From Centroscyllium fabricii (lineage: Eukaryota): a stretch of 64,000 bases of DNA. The notes under the pieces were generated by a model that did no database searches, was not told the DNA's origin, and worked only from the letters and a program-made list of their open reading frames with translations. This document shows positions 51,392-64,000 of the stretch, piece by piece (positions within the stretch are counted from its first letter, which is position 1; every line of letters starts with the position of its first letter). A program made the position numbers and the translations under genes. The DNA lies in the NCBI GenBank assembly GCA_051313645.2, contig JBNRSN020000017.1:41168001-41232000 (forward strand). Reading direction: 5' to 3'.

Positions 51392-52745
51392 GGGATCTGG
51401 GCCTGCTCGAAATTCCCCAGTACGGCAACATCACCCCTTTAAATGACCCTCACACAGCACTCTGAAAACAAAATAATAATGAACGGCAACCTCCAAAGGA
51501 GTCGTAACCTTATGATGTCGTATTTCATTTGAGTGATTTCGAAACTATGAGAAAACTTTTATTAGAAATACATTAATTTATTAACTACTGTGTTATTTTA
51601 ATTTATTATGTGAAGCTTATTATAGCAGCAATGTTTTACAAATCACCATGTCACACCAAGGTAATTAGTAGTGACCTTTTGCAACATGAGAATGCATTGT
51701 GAAATCCTTCATAGATCATGCACTTGCAAAGCACTCTGCATTTACGTACTGTAAACCACTCCAAGAATCCATTCACTGTGTGTATTGGGTGGGGTCTCTT
51801 TATTGCACTGCTAATCTAAAATTCAATCTGAAATGTCTTGTTAATGAACCTTTTCATGTGCACATTTACTTTCCAGGAGCGCAGTAATGATTTATAAAAT
51901 AGTTTTTCAAGTACAGGATAGAGCCAAGAGAATGCACTTCTCCAAATGAATGAGAGATTCTCCAGCAAACTTTATAAACGTAAAGATTTATGGGTTCACT
52001 TGTAAATCAGCCCGAGTGCGCAGAGATCACTACTTGGCTGAGTATGTTTCTGACGCTAACCTTAAAGGGGGAACTTGAGCCTCTTTTGAAAGACAGCAGA
52101 TTTCTTTCGTTTATTCACACGAATCCTCTGCCCGTGTCTGGTCCCGTGTGACATTGCTGCCTCGCTATTCCTAGTAATACACCAGAGCGATGGCATGGCT
52201 GCATGTGGGCTGTAATTTTGCCATACAACTTTCCACAGAACCCTTGGCTCATAAAATAAAAGTAAATGGGCGCATTTCTCCTCAAAATTTCAAATACTTC
52301 TCGGAATTTAACATGTCAGAAATGAATTCTCCACAGTAAGAAACAACAATGGTTTCCCACCCAGGCACAACATTACCACCCTGATATTTCCACAACACAG
52401 CAGCATCTGGTTAAGAACGTTTTGCAGAGGATTGTGTTTGTTAGTAAACTATTAAAATGCACTATCCCGTAGATAAGATCAAGGTCCCCTTTAAACTGCC
52501 AAGGAGGGTGTTAGGACAAAAGGGGTCCTGTAGGTTCAGGATTCAACCTGTATTATTCACAGGGAGACAAGCTTCTTTAAATCTGTTAAATGGGTAATGT
52601 TTTGGAAAGTCAGTTGGTTTCACAGGAAGTGAGACGTTCTCATCAGTTTGACCAGAAATATCACATGGTACACTTGTGGCACTGGCAAAGCATGGGGGTT
52701 TTGTCATACGTTTATCAGAATCCCCAGCAAAAACCGCTGGGAATA

Positions 52746-53192
52746 ACACACACGCACACACACACACACGCATACATACATGCACGTACATGCACACACA
52801 CACTAACATACATACACACACACGTACATGCATACATGTACATACTTACATACACACATGTATCCACACACATACATATGTACACACGTGTACACACATA
52901 CACACACGTACACATACACACACATACCCACACATGTACACACACACGTACACACCCACATACATACATGCACACACACGTACACGCAGATACATACATG
53001 TGCACGCACACATACACACACATACATGCACACACGTACATACACACGTACGTACACACACGTACATATGTACACATACACACATACATACACGTACACG
53101 TACATACATATACGTATACACACGTACATACATACATGTATACACACGTACATACATACACGTACACATGCATACGTGCATACACGTACACA
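52746..53192. repeat. Compound (CA)n/(TACA)n/(CACGTA) microsatellite
   Basis: Direct inspection; runs into an assembly gap. Confidence 0.95.
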
Positions 53193-53324
53193 NNNNNNNN
53201 NNNNNNNNNNNNNNNNNNNNNNNNNNNNNNNNNNNNNNNNNNNNNNNNNNNNNNNNNNNNNNNNNNNNNNNNNNNNNNNNNNNNNNNNNNNNNNNNNNNN
53301 NNNNNNNNNNNNNNNNNNNNNNNN
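53193..53324. other. Assembly gap (N run)
   Basis: 132 Ns. Confidence 0.99.
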
Positions 53325-55764
53325 TTTAGCAGAAGATCATTTTGGCTGTAACAATGGAGTGGAAATACATTCCCAAAATTTAAAGCTGCTAGGCTTATCA
53401 ATGTTAGGAAGGTTAAAAAATACCTGTAAGTCGAAGCTTAATCATGGGGAAATTGTGAGAGGTATGTTTGTAACAGACCTTTATCTCAATGAGAACAATG
53501 AGGTTGAATGGGTGTTTCTGTTTTAAAAAGATTGGCTTCTTGTTCATTGTTGGATATAGATCAATTATAGATTGTGAATTAATTTTTATACAATGTAAAC
53601 ATTGTTGCCTGGAAATTACAAACGCTTAATGTGTTTGTATCAAATTCCTCTCTCTGCTTTTTTACTGGTGGCGTGAACGATGTATTTTAAATGAATTAAT
53701 GCTTCCATTAAAATAGAAGAGGAACTTGATACAAGTGTGTTAAGTGTTCAGATGATAACATCGTTCACAGTCATTACCAGGCTTACATGAGTGCGAAGAG
53801 AAGTTGCAACGCTTCATATTAAACAGGATTTTGTATCAGCACAAAATTACCCGGCATCATGAGAAATCTGCTTTTGACTCACCTGAAATTAAATTTCAAT
53901 GTTGTCACTGATCTGTCATCCCAGAGGGATCCCTGCTGACTACATATACAAGAATCTGGCTCTAGAACAGTTGCTCCCCCTAAAGCATGCACAGTGTATT
54001 CGTGCAGTCCCATCCTTATCTGAAATAAATCCTTATTCAGTAAGAGCCTTAACAAGTGCCCTTTCCACCCTGTTCAATGTCAATTTGTACTTTTCTATCA
54101 TTTGCTGCTGAAGGAATATAGAGTTTGGTTTGTGAAACTGATGCTGATAGTCATTCTTTCTGTGCACTGATATTCAATTCGAATATATCCCAGGCTAGCC
54201 TGCAGTATTTACTAATAAAGTTTCAAATTATATTAGTCATGCTTAAGACGCAATAACAAAAATGTTACAATAAACTGGTGATAGTGAAGAGTATCTTCTG
54301 TTGCTTTGACCGGCGATATGTTTAAACCCAGCGACTGAGTGTTACAAAAATATCCTGTCCTTTCCCCCCACTTAGAAATAGCAGGAATTTCCAGTGTTCT
54401 GGGGAGAGTTTTCAGCTGTTTTGGCAACCCTGGATAGGTATGGTTCGAGCACTCTGGTGAATGCATCAATGGTCTTGAGTTTAGCCCCCACTCACTCCCA
54501 CCGATGGGCGGGAGAGGGTCACGGGGGTTAAAGTATCAGGGTTGAGCAACCAGATCCCATTCTCTCCCCTTTATATTTTAACGTGAAGAAATCAGGCAAT
54601 GGACGAGGATTCTCCAAAAGGCAGGCGGAGGCCTAATTAACATGCCAACGTCGCGACCTGATGACATCAATGAAGCAGCAACTTAAATTTAGCAGTAAGT
54701 GATGGGGAGCCTCCCCTTTTCCCGACAACCAGCCTCCCTCCTGCTACACCCGATACTCCCCCGCCCTCCGATCATGGCCTGCCTCTGATGCTGCCGTTCC
54801 AGTGTCGGGGACCATCCCTGGCCTCCTGCCAGTGTTCCCGCCCACTGCCGGCCAGGCTGTCCACTTGGCTGGATGGGAGGTGAGCCTACACTCTGTGAAT
54901 GAGGCCCTGGCATTATGATCCACACCCCGGGCTAATTTCGGCGTCCCCAGCACTCTCCCCAGCTCCCCGTTAATATCGGGGCCAATAAGCGAAATTGATT
55001 CCATCAAGAATTAGGCTAAAGTACAATTCAAAAATAGTATTAAGTGAGATGAGATTTGATACAGATATTTTTTCTCACATGCTGCTATTTCTCCATTTAT
55101 CCTCATGGGGCAGCTGGCTAACATAGAACTTATAGAAAACCTCAGATAGGATATCAGTTGCGACATTCGATCCATCTTTAAGATGGTATCTCTCTACTGC
55201 AATACCAAAGAGTGTGTGAAAGGGAGGAAAATAACTGCATGGTTAGAGAAATGGCAAGGGGACAGAAAGCAAAGAGTAGGAGTAAATGGATGTTTTTCAG
55301 ATTGATGGAATGTGGGTGTCGTGTGCCCCGGGGATCTATACTTGGATGTCTCTCGTTTTCCATTCATATAAATGGTTTGGAATTAGTCACAAGAAGAATT
55401 ATATTGAAGTTTCTTGACAATACCAAATTAGAGGCCATGGGAAAATCATAAGGAAGAATTGCAGGAGGTCATGGGCAGGTTTGTGGCGTGGGCAGACAGG
55501 CGGCGAATGCAGTTCAATGTATCCAGCAGTTTGTCAGTGTAATCCTTTGTAGCAGAAGTGAACAAGATCATTGCAGAGAAACACGAAGCAGTAACTATAC
55601 CCTAAATCATAAGATTCTGTAACAGAATGGGAGAGCAAAGAGTTCCGAGGAAGCAGAAATATATATCTTGAAAGCCGAGAATACCGTCAGAAAAGGCCGT
55701 AAAAGGATAAGGAAGTATTCTGGCTTTTATAAATCGGGGCATTGAATATACTTTTAAAAATCTG

Positions 55765-56275
55765 TTCCTGGGATGCGGGCATCGCTGGCAAGGCCAGCAA
55801 TTACTGCCCATCCCTAATTCCCATTAAAAAGGTGGTGGTGAGCCGCCTTCTTGAACCGCTGCAGTCCGTGTGGTGAAGGTACTCCCACAGCGCTGGTAGG
55901 GAGGGAGTTCCAGGATTTTGACCCAGCGACGATGAAGGAACGGCGATACATTTCTAAGTCAGGATGGTGTGTGACTTGGAGGGGAACTTGGAGGTGGTGG
56001 AGTTCCCACGCGCCTGCTGCCCTCGTCCTTCTAGGTGGTAGAGGTCGCAGGTTCGGGAGGTGTTGCTGAAGAAGCCTTGGCGAGTTGCTGCAGTGCAGCT
56101 TGGAGATGGTACGCACTGCAGTCATGGCGTGCCAGTGGTGGAGGGAGTGAATGTTTAAGGTGGTGGATGGGGTGCCAATCAAGCATTTCTGCTTTGTCCT
56201 GGATGGAGTCGAGCTTCTTGAGTGTTGTGGGAGCTGCGCTATTTCCAGACAAGTGGAGAGTATTCCGTCACACTC
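55765..56275 (-). mobile_element. CR1-group LINE 3' fragment (28185 family)
   Basis: ORF 55814-56278 ...SKSWNSLP...QRFKKAAHHHL. Confidence 0.9.
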
Positions 56276-56717
56276 CAAGTGATGTTAAATTTGTAAAAGA
56301 CATTGGTCAAGTTGGAGTATTGCAGACAATTATGGGCATGTGATTATAAGAAGAATATTAGAACCATGGAAAGGATACATCAAAGATTCACTAGAATGAT
56401 ACTAGGAAATAAGAGGCTAGTTATAAAGAAAAATTAGGAAAAGTTTCACAAGAACAGAGAAGGTTAAGGGCAGATCAATTAAAAGTTTTCAAAATTATGA
56501 AAGGTTTTGAAAGAGTAAATAGTGAAGGATTGTTTCCACGGGTTGCTGAATCACTAACAGAGCTTAGACTCAGAATTGGATGATACACACCAACATGGAC
56601 TGGTGGAGCAGATCGGCCTATTTCCACATTGGAATTTCTATGTAATTCTGTAATTTTCACACAGCGATTTTAGAAGTGAAAGGATTTGCCACACGTGCCT
56701 ATTGAAATAGAGACTAC

Positions 56718-57507
56718 GGGGGGGGGGGTAATTTCATGTCCCCGTGAGGCAGGGTTTTCGGCGGCCCGGCCAGCAAAATAGCGGAACCGGCGGGTCCCGA
56801 CCTCCCCCGACGTATCCCCGCCGCTTTCTCATTTTCCCCCGCCCAGATTCCCCGCCCCGAAACCTTCCCACCGCCGGCCGGCGGGGATGGGTTGTCACCT
56901 CGTTAAGGGCCCTTAATTGGCATCTTTAATGCCATTTTAAGGGCCCTCAGCCATTTTGCCCTGTTTCCCACCCTAACCCTGTCACCTTAAACCCTGCTGG
57001 GTGAAACCCAGCGGGAGCACAGCGCTGGTCATTACTTTCTCCTTCAAGGTGTGAAGGACATGCTGCCAAATGCTTGGCATGCCTCCAGCATCTTAGAGGA
57101 GTAAGTAACTCCATGCTGGCTGCAGCAGCTGTCAGCAGAAACTGAGAAACCTCAGCTCTGCACATTTCCTGCGAGCTGTCAAGGATTCTGAGCCCGCCCG
57201 CCCACCTGTCAGTCACCAGCACTTGACCTTTCCCATTGGTTCCACTCGACTGTGATGTCACAGTGGAGTGTTTCCATGGGAACTGTCAACAACCAGTGCT
57301 GGAACTGTCAATCAAACTCCTCGCAGCCCCGCTGGAGCCCGACTCAATTGAGTTAATTACCACCCGCTGCCGCCAGCATGGATTTAACAACTCAATTAAA
57401 TTAAAATTGCGTGGCCTTCCCAGCTGTTTGGGCAGGCAGGACAGGAAGCTGCCCAGACCAATCCCCGCCAGGTTCCCGCCCTTCCGGCAAAGTACCACCC
57501 CCCCCCC
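56718..57507. mobile_element. PIF/Harbinger-like MITE (17354/35034 family)
   Basis: Poly-G/poly-C ends; shared aagggcccttaattgg and tgtgatgtcaca motifs. Confidence 0.7.
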
Positions 57508-57641
57508 ATGTCACAATCTTAAATAGGAATTGAGTAAATATTCAAAAAGAAAGAAGGCTATGGGGAAAAGGTAGGGAAATGGAATTAAGAGAAGACCACT
57601 GCAGTTGAACAGTTAGCACCGGACATGCCAAATGACCTTCA

Positions 57642-58035
57642 TATAGAGTCATAGATGCTTACGACACAGAAGGAGGACATTTGGCCCATCGTGTCTGTGC
57701 CAGCTGAAAAAGAGCTATCCCGCCTAATCCCACTTTCCAGCTCTTGGTCCGTAGTCTTGTAGGTTATGTCACTTCAAGCGCATATCCAAGTACTTTTTAA
57801 ATCCGATGAGACGTTCTGCCTCGACCACCCTTTCAGGCAGCGAGTTCCAGACCCCCACCACCCTCTGGGTGAAAAAAGTTCTCCTCAACTCCCCTCTAAT
57901 CCTTCTACCAATTACTATAAATCTATGCCCCCTTGTTATTGATCTCTCTGCTAAGGGAAATAGGTCCTTCCTAACTAGGCCCCTCTTAATTTTATGCACC
58001 TCAATTAAATCTCCCCTCAGCCTCCTCTACTGCTA
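57642..58035 (-). mobile_element. CR1 3' end
   Basis: TRGHRF...RRTFFTQRVVGVWNSLPERVVEA. Confidence 0.9.
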
Positions 58036-58639
58036 AAAACTTGTTCTGCTTTGGAATTTCTATGATTCTGCAAAATACAAAACACCTTACTTACTGTGAG
58101 CTCAGGCATCGAAGATTAGTTTTCTTTACCAAACTAGGTAAATGACATGAGTGTATCCGCGCACTATGAAATGAATAGTTATCAATGGATTTACATATAC
58201 TGCATGTCACTGTAAATCTGCCTCAGTCAGGTACACCAAACACAATTGTCAACACAAGCTATTTAAAGGCATGTTGCAGAAGAGTAATTCATTTCATATG
58301 TACACATATTAATGAAAGTATGATATCGGCTACCAACTGTAGGTCTGTTGATCAGGTGATGGTATCTGCAGTCAGACAGTGGCCTCCAGAGTAAGTGGTG
58401 GGTTTTCAAATGCTCAGCAACTACATGAATGTTGGTGAGTGATGCACTTATTTCACCCAAATATGCTCGTATCGTTATAGATTTTGAATTTTGACCAAAA
58501 TAGGGATACAGAGTTTCGATGGTGTGGAACCACATTATGAGTTTTATGCACATTTTAGAATTAAATTGTGTAATGAGGCACATTTTAGGAATGAAGTTGC
58601 CATTCTTATCATTGCTCTATAGGTTAACCCAATTATATA

Positions 58640-59468
58640 GGGCCCTGTTTTCCTGTGCTCCAGAGGAGCTGCACACTCACGAAGGGGGGTCAGAAATGCC
58701 CCGTGGGTGTGCAGCACGGGGGATGCCCACGAACGGTAATTTCCTGTGCTGATGGGCAAGGCCTGTCAGCTCCCAACGCAGGAAGACCTTGCACTGACGA
58801 TTTCCTATCAGAACGGTGATTTTTGGAGAGTGATTCCGTGTGCAACTGGCTCACAAGCTGCACATTTAAAAACGAGTAGTAAACTCATGCGTGAGGGAGA
58901 AGATTTAGTTACTGAAGCAGGTAAGTTAATTTTTTTACTTTAATTTAAATTTTTTACAGTTTTTGGGAGTAGTGTGGCCAGATCGGTAGCGTTAAATTTT
59001 TAAGTTAAAGTTTTTTTTAAAAATTTACAAATCCGATTTTAAGTTGATTTACCTGTTTCAAATCGCTAATTTTTAAAGTTAAATTTCTGAAATTTTTAAC
59101 TCTCTAGCTATTAAAAAATCTAAGAGGACAAAATGGGAGACTTACCTTCCGTTTCTTCCTCTGAGAAGCTGCTGTGCCCGCGCTGCTCCCCCGCAGAGTC
59201 TGTGAGTGCAGCTCCGCACTTCCCTGCTCTCACAAAGGTCCGACTCGGGATCTGTTTATTTAAATTAGGGATCTGGGGGCGTTTTTAATTTAAATTTGGG
59301 ATCTGTGGGCGGGGCATACACTGCGCACCTAGCGTGGCTGGACTGCCACGCAGCGCAGGAACGGGGAGGAAATTGACGGCGAAACTTCTGTGCAATGTTG
59401 GTGCGTGCGATTAGGAGTCCACAGGGTCCTAGCGCACGCACTAACCGGCACACAGGAAAACAGGGCCC
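58640..59468. mobile_element. Intact GGGCCC-TIR MITE
   Basis: Perfect TIR gggccctgttttcctgtg; tata/tata flanks. Confidence 0.92.
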
Positions 59469-59656
59469 TATATGTTTAAATATTATATTGATATATATAT
59501 TAGCAGAGACTGGATTAAAACATTGAACAGAGAATGTCCTGCAAATGTATTAATTTTTGGTCAGTAAGAGGACCAAATGCATTCTAGACTAGAGTTTTGT
59601 TTTAGCGGAAATGATACCTGAATCAATGACAGAATGAAGTGCTGCTTTCTACATTA

Positions 59657-61462
59657 CAGGCACACAATCCCTTATCCGCAACTCCGAAAACCGAAAAGGT
59701 CCGAAAACCGAAAGTTTGTTCAGAGCGTCACATGGCCCGAGTTGCGCCAAACAAGGTTGAGGATTTTAATTTCAAGATGCTGCTGGACCTGAACAATGTG
59801 CTGAATGGTGTCCTACTAAATGTTAATCACGTCTTGCTTGAAACAAAAGCTTCTTGCTTTCAACCCTCAATTTGCCCTTCATTAATTTTGAACTGGTTCT
59901 ATTTTCGCGGCATCATTTGAATGAATGTTCGGATTGACTTTTTTGGGGTACTGTTTAGTATTGTATACCTGTATAGGGTTTCCTCTCAGGCCGAAGAAAA
60001 TATTGCATTTGGTGACGTGACCCTGATATTTCATGTGCCTCCTGCCGCGCTCGCTCCGATTTCCTTTCTGGACTCGCTGACGCACAGGGTGAGATGGGGC
60101 GAGGGGCGGCTCGCCTCGTCCACTGTCCGCTTGGGGAGGTGCGGCCGGGGCCCGCCGTTCGCCGGCGACGCCTGGCCGAAAGGGCGGCTGGCCCGCGGCA
60201 GGTAGTCTCGGGCGGTCTCGCCGCCTGGCTGCGCGTGCACACCCTCGGTTCTGGGCAAGCGGTTTTGTTGCGCCGAGTAATCGGCTACATCGAGAGAACA
60301 GCATCTCACTGAAGCGGATGGGTGAGGCTTGTTTTAAATTCAGAATAACGATGTGTACCAGACGACGCGTCAAGCAGCAATCCGGGGAAGATCTCTGCCG
60401 ATGTAAGGCAGCAATTCTGTAGGGAGTCTCTCAGCAATACAAACCAAAGAAACCCTATTGGGCCAGAAATTCGGGTGTGCCGGTTGGTGTGGATGCAAGG
60501 ACCCTGCGGACACCTTTCGCACCGCACCAACATCGCACATTTTTTACTCCCAGACCTTCGGGTTAGCTCCGCCCCGTTCCTGCGCTGCGTGCCAGTCCAG
60601 CCACGCTAGGAGCGCAGTATATGCGCTGCCGTCGTGCGCAGGCAGCAGTGATGCCCCGCCCACAGATCCCTAATTTAAATTTAAAAACGCCCACAGATCC
60701 CTAATTTAAATAAAAATCGCCCCCTGTTTCAGAGTCGGACCTTTTAGAGAGCAGGGACGTGAGGCGCTGCACCCACAGACTCAGCAGTGAGCAGCGCGGC
60801 CAGAGCAGCTTTTCACCGGAGGTAAGTCAGCGATTTTTTCTCTTAGTTTTTTAACTTAACTAAATAGTTAAAAATTTCAGAACTTTAAATTTAAAAATTA
60901 GCGATTTGGAATAGGTATAGCAATTGAAAATCGGATTTGTAATTTTAAAAAAAAAACTTTAACATCCAAATTTAATGATACCGATCTGGCCACATTACTC
61001 CCAAAAACGGTTAAAACTTAAAATTAAAGGTAAAAAAAGTAACTTACCTGGTTTAGGAACGCACTGCTCTCCCTCACACACGAGTTACTACTGCTTTTCT
61101 CCCGTGCAGCTTGTGGGCCCGTTGCCCACAGAATCACGCAGCAATTATCACCCGTTTCCATCCGAATTTTTGGGTGCAACTCACTCCTGCGTTTGATGCT
61201 GAGGGCCCTTCTCCCTCAGCATCGGAAAGCTCCGATCCGTGGGCGTGCCCCGTGCGTTCATCGCACGGGGCATATTGGCCCCCCTCCGTGCATGGGCAAC
61301 TGCTGCGAGGCACCCGAATTTCTGGCCCATTATCTTTACTTAACTCTTGAAAAAAAATACATCTCAGGCATGCGCACTGGGCACCATTCCGAAAACCGAA
61401 AAAGCCCGAAAACCGAAACCCATCTGGTCCCAAGGGTTTCAGATAAGGGTATTGTGTACCTG
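59657..61462. mobile_element. Tc1/pogo (Tigger-like) element with a nested MITE
   Basis: TIR cagg(c/t)acacaat-cccttatc; TA TSD; subterminal ccgaaaaccgaaa repeats. Confidence 0.85.
60460..61328. mobile_element. MITE related to the 58640 family but with different TIRs
   Basis: TIR gggccagaaattcgggtg; att/att flanks; interior homologous in reverse orientation to 58640-59468. Confidence 0.9.
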
Positions 61463-61916
61463 TACCAGGATTGTCACTGACTTGTAAAAATAATTCTCAT
61501 TTGAAAAAATATTTACAGTTAAGTTTCTGAACCAAACAAGATTTTGCTGCCATTCACACCATATTAACTGCTTATTCTATCCTCGTCTCCTTGGAAGTGA
61601 CATTACTGTACCAAGCACCATTGAGGAAGGCTCTGCATACACAAGCTCACAGTTCAAAGGACTCCACACCAGTCATGCTAAGAATAAATCTTCCAAGTTC
61701 TCTCTGTTTCCAGCCTCTGTTGTGAATGTGTGTGGGGAATCCCACTGAGAGTAATATTATTCAGCCCAGGGCTGCCAGCTGTCTTTACCACCCAGACTTC
61801 GACACAGTGATGCACACAGTATCGCTCCAGCTGAAAGTGGGAAGCTTTCTTTAGATTTAGACTTTGCGCAAAGATTTGTCGAACCGCTTGGGACGCTCCT
61901 CGGCCGGGTTTCTTAC

Positions 61917-62087
61917 CTTCGTGGGAGTGGGAAAACCAGATCTGTGACGTCGCCGAGTGGGGGCTTCGGAAGGCGGGCTCGGAGGGGGAAGACGTAGGTC
62001 CCGCAGGATGAGCAGGTGCTGACCCCAAGCTGCTGGCTAGGAAACTTCCCATGAATGTGGCTGATGAGTTTCCCATCAGTGCGTTGC
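61917..62087 (-). CDS. BAHCC1: Internal coding exon (exon 2-like) of BAH domain and coiled-coil containing 1
   Basis: Translates (G)[56 protein letters not shown](G). This closely matches recalled human BAHCC1 '[57 protein letters not shown]' and fits paralog TNRC18 less well. Acceptor ctaat...ttttcttttctttggacgcatcAG (AG 62089-62088); donor GAAG|GTAAGA (GT 61916-61915); 171 nt, phase 1 at both ends. Confidence 0.9.
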
Positions 62088-63654
62088 CTGATGCGTCCAA
62101 AGAAAAGAAAAACAGCGGCGAGATTAGTTCCGTCGTTCAATCGGACATTTATTTTCCCCTACAAACTTTCTATCATGAGCAGTCTTTATCAAATGTTTAT
62201 ATTGCCGCTATCTTAATGGGTTTATCACGCGCAAACAGCCCGAGGCAAGCGTGAGGCATTAAACACGAGTAAACAGAGGTGAGATGGGTTGCTGCCACTA
62301 TAACTATTAACTACGGCATTAAATGATATAACCACTGTTCCTTTTAGGTTCTGTAAACCCCAAATCATACTTCTGCTTTACTATTTGATCGGAGAGTCTG
62401 TATTTGTATTTAAAATTGCACAGTTCTGGGATGAAAGCCAACTCTCAAGGGTCCTACTTGAAGTGAGTTTGGGCACTTTCAACCCAGATCTTGGTGTGGC
62501 CCACAGCACAAAACCGCCCACAACTTGGCACAAATTTGCATTCTCATTCAGAGAGACTGTAAAGATAGCTGGGATTGGAAGAACAATTTTTCTGTGGTTG
62601 GGGTTAAGGCAACACGGGGCAGAGAAAAAGGAGCTTTGTTTTGCATCTGTCTGGGCTAAATCAGAACTGGGAGAGTTTGATACTCGCCCCGAGTGGCAAA
62701 AATAGAAATGTATTTAATTCCCTCCCCTACATTGACATCCCTCCTGCTGATCAGCACAAACATATAAACACTGTATATTCAGCAGAGACGATGCACCAGA
62801 CAACAATTATGGTGGGATTTAGGGGAAAACGCAAAACCACTAACATGTAAATTAGTCAGCAAAATTCGATTTAAACTGGGGGGGCCGAAATTCTAGACCC
62901 ACTCCCAGAAGGGCCACAAACTAGACTGTGTACGGACATTGCCCGGGGGTTTCCTTTGACCCATGTTTGGGGCAGAGCCGCCGCCCACCCTAAATAAGAC
63001 CATTGAAGTAGGGTGGGGGCAGAGCAGGGAACAGGGACCTCCCAAGTCTGGGAGTTCTCACAGCCCCGGCCTAGAAAATGGCAGTCAAGGGACTGACTGC
63101 CAATATGCCCAGAAGGAATTAACACATTGGCCTCAGGAGTGCAGGTGTGAGGCCCAATTTGGGTGGCAGCCAGCCTTCTCCCAGCCCGACACAAAACTGT
63201 TTAGACCAGCCCCCTTGGCAAGTCTGGTGGGCCCGGGTGCATCTCGGGTGCCCACTGACGGTACTTAAATTGGGTGGCCTCCCCCGATGCCACATACTCT
63301 GATGTGGTCAGCGGCAAAGGTTACCTGGCCATAACTATTGGGATCGCTGGTTTGCTCCATTTGTGGCCACTGCACGTGTTTAAAGTGCTCCCTTGAAAGC
63401 CCGATGAATAAGTGCACTGTAGATCTGAATGCGAGAAGGGACCCCAGCCCACATTTACATGATCTAAATAATACTAAAACGAAAAACTCCAAATGGTGAA
63501 AATCTAAAATCAAAAATGCTGGATGTTTCCTACAGGCATCTGCACCTTGACATCATTTTTATTCTGGATCAAATGGTTCAAAATGAGTTGCATCTATTGA
63601 CCAATATTATTTGTGGACCTGAAAAATCTGCATCCAGGTCTATCCAGCCCAAAT

Positions 63655-64000
63655 CTCAGCTTGGCTCAGTTGTGAACATTCTTGCTTCATCATCGGAAGT
63701 GTGTGGTTTCAAGGCCTACTCCAAGACTGGAGCAAATAAACCATGCTGACACTTCAGACAAGTATTAAAGGAGTGTTAGTGGTGCCAGCTTTTGGATAAG
63801 ATATTAAATCAAGGCCTGTTTCGGTGAAAAGACTCCCTGGCACCATTTGAAGAGGAGCCGGGAAAGACATTCCCCAAAGCAATGAATGACTTTTGAGGTT
63901 TTACTCATTGTTGTTATGGAGACCAGCACAGAAACTCATTTGTAAAGTCCCACAAACAGCAATGAGACACATGACCAGTTAATCTGTTTTGTTGGTTGTG
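63655..64000 (+). mobile_element. Old DeuSINE-type SINE
   Basis: Degenerate tRNA-like head tggctcagttg, gctgacacttcag, ggcaccatttgaagaggag core. Confidence 0.6.

Larger units (their letters stand above)
55130..57640 (+). mobile_element. Ancient CR1 RT fragment split by later insertions
   Basis: RVPRGSILG..F.IHIN..FLDNTKL remnants of GVPQGSVLG/FADDTK; CR1 C-terminal remnants after 56280 and 57520. Confidence 0.6.

Noticed and set aside
52543-53526. His/Thr/Tyr-rich and Cys/Val-rich ORFs (also 12059-12367)
   Set aside because: Translations of CA/TA microsatellites and of the N gap.
61678-62100. 140-aa ORF as a stand-alone gene
   Set aside because: Only 61917-62087 resembles BAHCC1 and is bounded by splice sites; the rest is intron read-through.

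Overview
Vertebrate DNA, almost certainly from a cartilaginous fish (shark). This is inferred from HE1-type V-SINEs, DeuSINE/SacSINE-type elements and a CR1/L2/Rex-Babar/RTE/Penelope repeat set. I recognise one host coding exon: a 171-nt phase-1/phase-1 exon on the minus strand (61917-62087), matching recalled BAHCC1 exon 2. I did not find the next BAHCC1 exon, so positions 1-61916 appear to be one intron of more than 61 kb. It is packed with retroelement fragments and non-autonomous DNA transposons (hAT, Tc1/pogo, PIF/Harbinger-like), many nested. The most interesting signals are: (i) four minimal type-I hammerhead ribozyme motifs in Penelope-type repeats with co-varying stems, one with an intact core on the BAHCC1 sense strand (10385-10421); (ii) a ~120-130-nt branched stem-loop module in CR1 3' UTRs (three copies); (iii) MITEs with two inward-facing splice donors and co-replaced TIRs; (iv) SINE 3'-tail swapping. 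All family names come from recalled motifs, not database searches.
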